24,808 nt of DNA, taken from IMG/VR virus record IMGVR_UViG_3300028892_001441, positions 1-24,808 of that record, one strand, 5' to 3'. Source of the DNA: a virus (lineage: Duplodnaviria > Caudoviricetes). This document shows, piece after piece, positions 7,699-15,371 of this stretch (positions are counted from its first letter, which is position 1; every line of letters starts with the position of its first letter). Position numbers and translations under genes: made by a program. The notes under the pieces are model-generated. The model was not told where the DNA came from. It did no database searches and saw nothing but the letters and a program-made list of their open reading frames with translations.

Positions 7699-8261
7699 CT
7701 TCCACGTAGCCTTTCCTCTTCCACGTAGCTTTTAGGGAAACGGATCAAGGACTCACTGTAATCTTTATCCCCTTTCTTCCACCCGTAACGCTTGTACCAC
7801 GACATGAGTTGGGACTTGTTCAACTGATTAGGGACATTCCCAAAGGGCTTGGCCGTCAAGTAAATAAGGACTTTGTGTTTATCCCCCATTTCTGCAATCT
7901 GTTTAAGAACATAGGATGCCATCCCTGCGCCCTTTTTCTCGGGGGAAATAATGGCCTTGAACCAGATCGCGTCTTCCCTATCCCATTTCCGAGCCTCCAT
8001 ATCCGTGAGGATAATGGGCATCTCCCCCCCTTCATTATTCCTGAAGGACCAACCCCGAGTGTGCCGGTCCATGGGGTTCTGCCAAGTGCGCCCCTGATAC
8101 TGAGACATGAACCCACTTGGGGATGCAGTTCTGTTGGGGTCTAGGCCAAACCATCGAGCAACCCTCTTGGCGCTCGGTTCCGAATCTTCCAGCAGATCCA
8201 GAATCTCAGGACTTACTCTCTGCCGTTTCTTTTGGAGCTTGGTAAAAATAGGGCGCATCAT
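7695..8261 (-). CDS. GNAT family acetyltransferase with N-terminal leader
   Basis: Acetyl-CoA motif A ISPEKKGAGMASYVL, then IYLTAKP and LMSWYKRYGW. Start set at 8261 by the ATGA overlap with the upstream gene. Confidence 0.85.
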   Translation of the reverse strand: MMRPIFTKLQKKRQRVSPEILDLLEDSEPSAKRVARWFGLDPNRTASPSGFMSQYQGRTWQNPMDRHTRGWSFRNNEGGEMPIILTDMEARKWDREDAIWFKAIISPEKKGAGMASYVLKQIAEMGDKHKVLIYLTAKPFGNVPNQLNKSQLMSWYKRYGWKKGDKDYSESLIRFPKSYVEEERLRGR

Positions 8262-8641
8262 AACCCCGTCGAGGTGCGGAGATCCCACGGACCCCAATGC
8301 TCATGCTGCATTACCTTCCGACGAAATTCCTCCGGCTTATAAACATGCATGTTGTTGTTTTTCTTGATTTGGCCCAAATTGTAGTAGACCTCTTTGGGTA
8401 TTTTCACGTTTTTTCCGTTGGAAACATCAATCACGGTGTTGCCATCTTCCACCCAAGCATGGCCATACTTGACCCCCTCCAATGGCCCTTGACCCGTCAC
8501 TTCACCATGAACCAAACGAAGGTTTTTGTCTTTGCCTGGAAACAGCGCCCGGTCCATGAAGTACCGCCCATTGGTTTCATAGCAATCTCCCACTGAACCT
8601 GCGGTGCGGTTGGAAAAGGGGTCGGGGGTGTCAGAAAGCAT
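8258..8641 (-). CDS. transglutaminase-like / papain-fold Cys-His-Asp enzyme
   Basis: GDCYE ... LVHG ... GHAWVE ... VIDVS gives the Cys, His and Asp triad in transglutaminase-like order. Confidence 0.7.
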   Translation of the reverse strand: MLSDTPDPFSNRTAGSVGDCYETNGRYFMDRALFPGKDKNLRLVHGEVTGQGPLEGVKYGHAWVEDGNTVIDVSNGKNVKIPKEVYYNLGQIKKNNNMHVYKPEEFRRKVMQHEHWGPWDLRTSTGL

Positions 8642-8671
8642 TGAAACAGCGCCTCTGGAACAGGGAATCCC

Positions 8672-8686
8672 ATAAACAAGCCACCG
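8672..8686 (-). promoter_or_regulatory. putative phage late promoter motif CGGT-GGCTTG-TTTAT
   Basis: Copy of CGRT-N6-TYTRT 30 nt upstream of the three-enzyme operon. Confidence 0.6.
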
Positions 8687-8858
8687 CCCCCACCTCTTAC
8701 CCGAGCTATTTTGCAGCCTAATTTAGAGAAAATACAGTATGTAGTTGGGCTTTCAGAGAGGGGGGTGCAAAGAGTCTCCGAACGTGGTACTCCACCTAAG
8801 CAGGAATCGGAAGGCCAGCATTTTACCGACAGCCTCGCTGAATACTGGAGGTGAGAAG

Positions 8859-9809
8859 ATGGGCAGTACCGCAGGGGTTTATTTTGCGCGAAGAGAGCAT
8901 GGAGGCCATCGCGTAATAGGGACTCCTACTGGGTTTAGAGTAGCGTGGCCTGATGGAACGGTGATGTACCCCTCGGCCAGACAGACCATAATGGCATTGG
9001 TAAACGGAACCAAAACCCCCCACACCAAAACCCGTGATCCCCATCTCACGTTTGATCGGTATTTCCGCATTGGTCGTCATGCGCGACGGTCCTACCCGGC
9101 CATTGACACCTTAGCTCTTTTCCACCCTTCTTCCCCGCTTTCGGTATGGGTGCAAGACACTACCTCTCCCATTTCGGTGGCCGTCACCCCCACTCTTGTC
9201 AAAACTCCTTCTCCTGCTATTTCCATCCACACGCCCCCTGGAGTGGATCTCCACAAGCGCGGGCACGAGGTACGCAAGTTGTTCTATGCGGGATTCAGTC
9301 GAAGGGTTTACCGTTACGGATACGACCCCGAAGACGTGCTTCAAGAGATTTACAAAGGGCTCCTCATTCGCAATATGGGGAAATGTCCCTTTGATCCGTC
9401 TAAATCTTCTTTTGGGCACTACGTCCACATGGTCTGTGGGTGTATCGTCAGCAATTACCATCGCCGTTACTCTCGTTTACGGAGAAATGAAGTCTTTGGG
9501 GTAATGGGCCACGATGACGAAGTGTTGGACGTTGCTGAGGCTGATCTGGCCATTGAAGACCCTATTCAAGAGGAAGGGGTCTTCCTGGCATCTGCGACCA
9601 AAAACCTTACTTATCGAGTACGCCAGTACGCTGTTCAACACGGTATGGATGCGGATATGGTGGTGGAATGCGCGGAACTTTTAGCCGAAGGCCAACGTCG
9701 CTCAGAGATAGCCGCCCATCTCGGACGTTCCAATAGCCAAATCGGACGGATATTGAAAGTGGTTCGCGATATCGCTGGGGAATGGCGCGAAGAAGTCCTC
9801 TGCTCTTAG
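8859..9809 (+). CDS. sigma-70/ECF-like RNA polymerase sigma factor with extra N-terminal domain (316 aa)
   Basis: Region 2-like DPEDVLQEIYKGLL...FDPSKSSFGHYVHMVCGCIVSNYHRR and region 4 HTH LLAEGQRRSEIAAHLGRSNSQIGRILK. GGAGGT RBS before ATG 8859. Confidence 0.85.
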   Translation: MGSTAGVYFARREHGGHRVIGTPTGFRVAWPDGTVMYPSARQTIMALVNGTKTPHTKTRDPHLTFDRYFRIGRHARRSYPAIDTLALFHPSSPLSVWVQDTTSPISVAVTPTLVKTPSPAISIHTPPGVDLHKRGHEVRKLFYAGFSRRVYRYGYDPEDVLQEIYKGLLIRNMGKCPFDPSKSSFGHYVHMVCGCIVSNYHRRYSRLRRNEVFGVMGHDDEVLDVAEADLAIEDPIQEEGVFLASATKNLTYRVRQYAVQHGMDADMVVECAELLAEGQRRSEIAAHLGRSNSQIGRILKVVRDIAGEWREEVLCS

Positions 9810-9811
9810 CC

Positions 9812-12800
9812 TTACTCGGAAGTGTAGGTAAAGGTGGTGTTTCCGAAGGAGAGGTATTCCGCACCCCCCGGATCAATGTTGTTAGCCCCGGTAGCCCCAG
9901 ACACCACGTAGGTAACAGCATAAGCGTAGTCAGTAGGAGCTTCTCCTATGCTAAGAGACACCAAAACATGATTGGCGGTAAGTTCTAATCTTCGCGCTTC
10001 AATCGCCGCATCTGTAATGTAGCCAGCCGCCCTTAGCGTGGCGTCGTCGCTAACCCCATCAATGGCACGTCCCCCTGAACCAATGATGTAAGCACTCCCG
10101 CTATCCAATGCCAAAGACCCTAAAGAAGAGCTTGCGGTTAATACACCTAAGGCTTTGTCGTTTTGGAACACCCCAATGAAAGCACCTGTGGAACCACCCC
10201 CGTCTACCGTAGCAGCACTCAACGGGTTGGTGAGAAGGTACACCACTGAAATAGTTGTAGAAAGAGATGTTACCAGAGTGCTCTCGGCAGCGGTGTCAGT
10301 AGAAACAGGGTCACGCACTACGGTCACACCGTCTTGGCGTACCATTTTGGTGAGAGGAACAACCACGTAAGAAATATTGCTTACATTTTCCATGACGTTG
10401 ATCACATCAGATTGCCGCACAGGATCTCCTAAGCGAAGATTGGCAAAAAAGTTATCTAAATTTGTGCGGAGATCCGTATCCACCGTCGCCTTATCTGCCC
10501 CTTTTGAAAGGATAATCGTCGTGTCTAAATCGACAGGAACATCGAAGGCTTCTTTCACTAAGACATCTGCGGTCGCGTGCTTATCCACATCCACTGTGTT
10601 CTGAGTAGTGGAAACAATAAGATTGGTGGTGTAGATGACTGTAAAGTTTTCATCGTGTTCATAGTCCACCACAATCACGGAACCGCTAGCAATATCACCT
10701 GTGGTGGTGCGAGTGAGAGCGACAGCTACTGTTTCTGATCCTAGGTCAATGGTGTAATCAGGGTCACCAGAAGGGTCATTAGGGCCTTTGTATTCCACAC
10801 TCCTGTCAGAATTGTAAACCTTGATGGTAAGAAAGTTAGCCCCTAAATTATCCAAATACACTGGATAGCTACCCACCATCGTATGTTCTTCCCCGCTGAC
10901 AGCAAGAGGGGTTCCAGAAGGGACTGTATTTCCGGCCTCATCCGTATAAGAAACAATACTCAAGTAATCCCCCGCCAAAGCGGAACGTCCTCGACGAAGG
11001 GGCGCATTAGGGTGAATTAATATGGTCGAGGTAGAGGTCAACGCACCAGCCACAGTACCGGTCACCGATGTGATAGCTGAAACCGGCTGACGAAGGAGAA
11101 CAAACACATTTCCTTTCCTGCGACGATAAGAACCAAGCACCACATCAGTAAGAGAAACTTCGGGTTGATCCACCTCAGTAGAAAGGGTGATGGTGTTGTA
11201 GGAAGAATAAGTGACCCCGGTGAGGTCAAACACTTCTCCCGTAGTTACATTTCGCAACTCATACCCGGCCACCGCATCATCTAACATTTCCACTATGGGG
11301 TTAGAAGAGGACAATTCAGGGTCCACAGCCATAAACGTAAGGTCGGCTACATCCCCTACAGTTTGGAACTGGATATCTTGAGCAATAACGTATGAAAACG
11401 CAAAGGTGTCACTAACAGTAGCAAGGCTAGAGCCCTGAACCCACACATCCACCTTCCCCCCATGATGAATACCCTTATTATCCAGATCCCTTTGCATCAA
11501 AGGATCCCCCGCACCTACAACATTGGCTTTAACTACTCCGGGCACGTCGGCAGCCGTTTGTAAATAGCCTTGGACTGTCCCCGAATCTACCGAAGCCAAG
11601 GCGTTCTGAATACGGATAGTTAGGGCTAGATTAGATTCTCTGTCGGTGCCTCCAAAGAATGCTCCCTGATTGGTCACGGAAAAAGAACCCGCAATCGAAC
11701 TCACAATACTTTTTACCTGTCCCGCCCCCATGTTCCCTGTTGATCCTGTTGCGGAAGAGACAACAGGAAGCGTAATCGAATACCTTTGGGTAATTGGGTC
11801 GTAAAAAGAAGCAAGCTGACTAAGAGGAATGGTCCCTGCTTTAGTCACGCTAAATTGAACGCTTCCGCCCCCCACTATCGTTCCTATGGGGAAGACGATG
11901 GTGGCTGTGGGTTTACGAGAAGTGAAAAAAGTAACTTCTCCTACAGCCGCCACCCCACTTTTCCGCTTGATGCCGAAGTTGCTCCCGTAAGCATCAAACG
12001 CTGCATCAATGACTGATTGTAGAGTGACTTCGGACTTTACATACAAAGCCTGCATTAAGGCTTGTTTGTAAGGAGAACTCGGAACCCCAACAGATACATT
12101 CGCATTAGTAGGATCGTCTATTTGAAGAAGAAGGGTGGGGGTGCGGGCTCGATTGAAGAAGTCCAGTAAGAAACGGATACGCTCACTTTCAGAAGCAAAG
12201 GGATCAATAACAGTGTCTCTAAGAACAGATCCAGGTTCCACTTTGATTTGTGGGTTGGACCTAAAGATAGCCGTGATGAAGCTCTGGAGAATGTCTCGGT
12301 TAGAAGCTACCGGCAAAGAGGAAATGGTAGAGGTTACTGAAAGAGGATGTCCCACCACTTCAGGGGAATAAGCGGATTCATATTCTGTGGTGGTGGCACT
12401 GTCGTAGTAGACCGCACTCACAACATAATAAAGAGAAGTAGTCGGATCCAGGGCGGTAAACGCACTCACCCTAACCGTAGCCGGTAAACTGGTAGGGCTG
12501 TTTCGACGGTTATGCTCAAAAGAATAAAGGGTCACTTGCCGAATAGAAGACAAAGTGCCCGAAAATTGCATCTTGCGAGTTGTCTCTGGGATTTCAAAAG
12601 TAGTGTTGTAGCTCGTCGCTAGAATAGTCTCATTTGAATCTTCTTGGGTTGCCACTATTCGTAAGAACATGGGATCAGCTACGGGATCATCATTTTCATC
12701 TACTGATACCTCCATGTCCCCCAAAACAGTAGCGAAGCTCTCGGTTTCTTCGGTGATTGCCCCCTCACTGATCGCATTGACATTGACTCGGATATACCCA

Positions 12801-13273
12801 GTAGAACCACCACCAGCATAAGCAGAAGCGTAAAAATTCAAACCCACAAAAGAAGAAGTGACACTTGGTTCCGAGTAGATTGTCACCGAATCATTATTTT
12901 GGGACAAGTAGATATTGGTGGGAGCCTCTACCAGAGTGTCGGTATTAGAAGAAACAACGGTTACTTCAGCGTGGGCCGTTGGAGTAGTGCTGCCTGACGG
13001 CAAGATAGCCCTCACCCTAATGTCATTGACCCCATTAGAAAGGGCCAATCCCGTAGGGTTGTAAGTAGGGTTGGGAACAACCCACTTCCCGTCTGCAAAA
13101 AATACCAATGAGGGATCGGAGGTGTACCCGCCCCCATCAATAGAAACCTGCATCTCTACGGCAATGGGACTTACCTCTCCTTCAAAGAACCTCTCTGAAG
13201 AAGTGGTCGTGAAAAACACTTCCGTATGGTAAACCCCATCGGGGCCAAGAATGGTGGGGTTAGTGGTGGTCAT
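9812..13273 (-). CDS. baseplate J-like wedge protein (1153 aa)
   Basis: PGSVLRD, FGIKRKSGVAAVGEVTF, GGTDRESNLALTIRI, GTVQGY...VPGVVKANV and GKVDVWV are baseplate J-type motifs; adjacent to a gp25-like gene. Confidence 0.88.
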   Translation of the reverse strand: MTTTNPTILGPDGVYHTEVFFTTTSSERFFEGEVSPIAVEMQVSIDGGGYTSDPSLVFFADGKWVVPNPTYNPTGLALSNGVNDIRVRAILPSGSTTPTAHAEVTVVSSNTDTLVEAPTNIYLSQNNDSVTIYSEPSVTSSFVGLNFYASAYAGGGSTGYIRVNVNAISEGAITEETESFATVLGDMEVSVDENDDPVADPMFLRIVATQEDSNETILATSYNTTFEIPETTRKMQFSGTLSSIRQVTLYSFEHNRRNSPTSLPATVRVSAFTALDPTTSLYYVVSAVYYDSATTTEYESAYSPEVVGHPLSVTSTISSLPVASNRDILQSFITAIFRSNPQIKVEPGSVLRDTVIDPFASESERIRFLLDFFNRARTPTLLLQIDDPTNANVSVGVPSSPYKQALMQALYVKSEVTLQSVIDAAFDAYGSNFGIKRKSGVAAVGEVTFFTSRKPTATIVFPIGTIVGGGSVQFSVTKAGTIPLSQLASFYDPITQRYSITLPVVSSATGSTGNMGAGQVKSIVSSIAGSFSVTNQGAFFGGTDRESNLALTIRIQNALASVDSGTVQGYLQTAADVPGVVKANVVGAGDPLMQRDLDNKGIHHGGKVDVWVQGSSLATVSDTFAFSYVIAQDIQFQTVGDVADLTFMAVDPELSSSNPIVEMLDDAVAGYELRNVTTGEVFDLTGVTYSSYNTITLSTEVDQPEVSLTDVVLGSYRRRKGNVFVLLRQPVSAITSVTGTVAGALTSTSTILIHPNAPLRRGRSALAGDYLSIVSYTDEAGNTVPSGTPLAVSGEEHTMVGSYPVYLDNLGANFLTIKVYNSDRSVEYKGPNDPSGDPDYTIDLGSETVAVALTRTTTGDIASGSVIVVDYEHDENFTVIYTTNLIVSTTQNTVDVDKHATADVLVKEAFDVPVDLDTTIILSKGADKATVDTDLRTNLDNFFANLRLGDPVRQSDVINVMENVSNISYVVVPLTKMVRQDGVTVVRDPVSTDTAAESTLVTSLSTTISVVYLLTNPLSAATVDGGGSTGAFIGVFQNDKALGVLTASSSLGSLALDSGSAYIIGSGGRAIDGVSDDATLRAAGYITDAAIEARRLELTANHVLVSLSIGEAPTDYAYAVTYVVSGATGANNIDPGGAEYLSFGNTTFTYTSE

Positions 13274-13276
13274 TTT

Positions 13277-14461
13277 TCATAGCCTAGTGCCATAGAAGAG
13301 GCTGTCAGCTTGATTGGTGCTAACGCCCGTAGCCTCCAACCCTAAAGGAAGGCCAGTGGAACCGCCTAACGCCACCGCTCCCGGCACCGTGAAAACAATA
13401 GAAAGCGCAATCGGGGTGTTAGAAGCACTTTGAACCGCTACGTCGATGAAGAATGCCGTGGGGTCATTTGGATCAGCCCGAACATCCACCCCATTAACCG
13501 CGTATAAGGTTTCTTTAGCGGAAACCAACTGATATTTACGTTGTTGAGTTTGGATGTCTTGTGCTCGCAGCAATGCCGCATTCACGTCATCCTTCATGGC
13601 ACTAGCCACCGTAGATGTACGTTTAGCCCCAATACGGGACAAGAGGGTACAACCGTAACCGGGATGATATGGGTTAGAACCTTTTTCCGTCAGAATGGCT
13701 TTGAGGCACATTTGATAAAGGAGATTGTTGTCTTTAACGAGAATAACCCCCCCCTCCGTATTAAACCGATAATCGTTCTCTACATAGGTGCCTTGGCATC
13801 GAGGACACACATCAGGGGGGGATACATAAGTAACTTTCAAAGTGGGGTTGGTCTTCAAGGGTTTAAGAAACTTGGGCTCCCAAACTTTTTGTTTATAGGC
13901 ACGGAGAGGCCCCCGAACAGCCGGATAAACCCGTGTAGTGGGGTATAAATTCCAGGGGGGGTACCCCTCTCTTCCGCGCATTCCCTTCTGCTGGAACCCC
14001 AATGCATCTGACCCCTTACCGGATACCCGGATAAAAGAGGGTGGCCCCACTTCTGCTGTTTCGGTGAAAACCAAAACCCCCTTCAATGAAGAAGGAGAAA
14101 CCAGTTGGGTAGTGGTTTTGAGAACACGAATCACATCCTCAATCTGAACCCGGTTGCCGGTCGGTAAAGATACGGTCACGCTTCCCGCATTGGTGGTGAT
14201 TGTAATGTCATTATTGGCCGCACCAAGCCTCCCACTACACCGTTCAATTCGATAAGAACCGGCATAAGCAGCGTTCAAGGAAGCCGGGTAAGACACCCCC
14301 CTACGTGGGATGTAGGTTTGGTCATTGGCTAAAAGCAAGACCCCGCTGGAGTTGGCGACCGACGCTTTAAGGGCCATCGTTTGCCGATCAGAGCCCAAAC
14401 TAACCGGCTCTTCCATAATCAAATGGGGGCATGGATGAGCAATGTGGATATCTTGACTCAA
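13277..14461 (-). CDS. gp25/GPW-like baseplate wedge protein with N-terminal extension
   Basis: C-terminal LLYQMCLKAILTEKGSNPYHPGYGCTLLSRIG matches the gp25 signature; TTG start with AAGGAG RBS. Confidence 0.8.
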   Translation of the reverse strand: MSQDIHIAHPCPHLIMEEPVSLGSDRQTMALKASVANSSGVLLLANDQTYIPRRGVSYPASLNAAYAGSYRIERCSGRLGAANNDITITTNAGSVTVSLPTGNRVQIEDVIRVLKTTTQLVSPSSLKGVLVFTETAEVGPPSFIRVSGKGSDALGFQQKGMRGREGYPPWNLYPTTRVYPAVRGPLRAYKQKVWEPKFLKPLKTNPTLKVTYVSPPDVCPRCQGTYVENDYRFNTEGGVILVKDNNLLYQMCLKAILTEKGSNPYHPGYGCTLLSRIGAKRTSTVASAMKDDVNAALLRAQDIQTQQRKYQLVSAKETLYAVNGVDVRADPNDPTAFFIDVAVQSASNTPIALSIVFTVPGAVALGGSTGLPLGLEATGVSTNQADSLFYGTRL

Positions 14462-14488
14462 AGGTAACTCCTTCCCCTTTCTGCGCTC

Positions 14489-14503
14489 ATAGACACCCCA
14501 CCG
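14489..14503 (-). promoter_or_regulatory. putative phage late promoter motif CGGT-GGGGTG-TCTAT
   Basis: Copy of CGRT-N6-TYTRT in the 42-nt gap upstream of the gp25-like gene. Confidence 0.6.
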
Positions 14504-15361
14504 TCACCCCCCGTACCAATCTTCCTGCCCATCCTCATTATCAGTCATCAAGTTTTTGTGCTTGCTGAGGTTGGGGAGGTTCACCTCTGTAGTCAGGGGC
14601 ACATCCCCATCAGTTTCGGGGATGCGGAAGATGGCGTCAAAGCGGTAGGCAATGCGAGCGGCGACATTCGGCAAACCGAAGAAATCTTCTTGGTAAGTAG
14701 CCGGAAGGGTTTGAGAAGGCCCAGAGGCCCACACGATGTCGGAAACCTCTTCTAAAAGCTGCTCTCGCAAATCCATGAGTTTGATGATGCGAGCTTCCAA
14801 ATCCCATCGCTTGTACCGCATTTCTTTCGTGATCGCCTGCCTTGCACGTTGGATAATGTCGGCGTCCCGACGATCTCCAGTAGGGCTAAGACCATCAGTA
14901 CGTTTGGGATCGTATTTCAGAATGCTCGCTCCTTCTTGGGCCGAAGAAGAAAAGTTATACTGGATAGGGTCCATGTAAAGAAGACCACTTCCAGGCTGTG
15001 TGGGGATAAGTTCGATGCCCTGCTCTCCCTCTATCACCTCAGCAAAGGCTGAATCGGGTATGAGGAACATCGAAATATCAAAGGGATTACCCCCCATAGC
15101 AGTATAAGCCGCTACCAATTTACCCACAGAAGTCTCGCCATCGACCATTATCCCGCGCCTCTTTTCATTGAGAACGGTGTTTGCAGGATTTTCAGGATCG
15201 GCTTCAGAGGTGTACATGATTCGCACATCCCCAATACGGTCCAACTCCTTAAAAATCATATTGATCCGAGAAGCCGCATCCCTTCTTTCTTCCAGCATAA
15301 ATCTCCGAAAAGCCCTCCACTGACCTTCCCGAAAACACCCCAAAAATGAAAAAGAAGCCAT
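14504..15361 (-). CDS. hypothetical protein, probable virion component (285 aa)
   Basis: Co-oriented within the baseplate module; AAGGA RBS; no family recognised. Confidence 0.8.
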   Translation of the reverse strand: MASFSFLGCFREGQWRAFRRFMLEERRDAASRINMIFKELDRIGDVRIMYTSEADPENPANTVLNEKRRGIMVDGETSVGKLVAAYTAMGGNPFDISMFLIPDSAFAEVIEGEQGIELIPTQPGSGLLYMDPIQYNFSSSAQEGASILKYDPKRTDGLSPTGDRRDADIIQRARQAITKEMRYKRWDLEARIIKLMDLREQLLEEVSDIVWASGPSQTLPATYQEDFFGLPNVAARIAYRFDAIFRIPETDGDVPLTTEVNLPNLSKHKNLMTDNEDGQEDWYGG

Positions 15362-15371
15362 GTTGTTATCC

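Noticed and set aside
7243-8641. Interpretation as a toxin-antitoxin or bacterial defence locus
   Set aside because: No antitoxin-like partner (RHH/HTH, macrodomain) in the operon; the phage context and shared late motif favour phage effectors, though toxicity is not excluded.
8765-8793. GTGCAA-N17-TACTCC as a sigma-70 promoter for the sigma gene
   Set aside because: Both hexamers match consensus too weakly to call.
8745-8858. N-terminal extensions in the ORF track (also starts at 1391, 4056, 4732, 5189, 8297)
   Set aside because: Downstream starts have clear Shine-Dalgarno sites or ATGA coupling.
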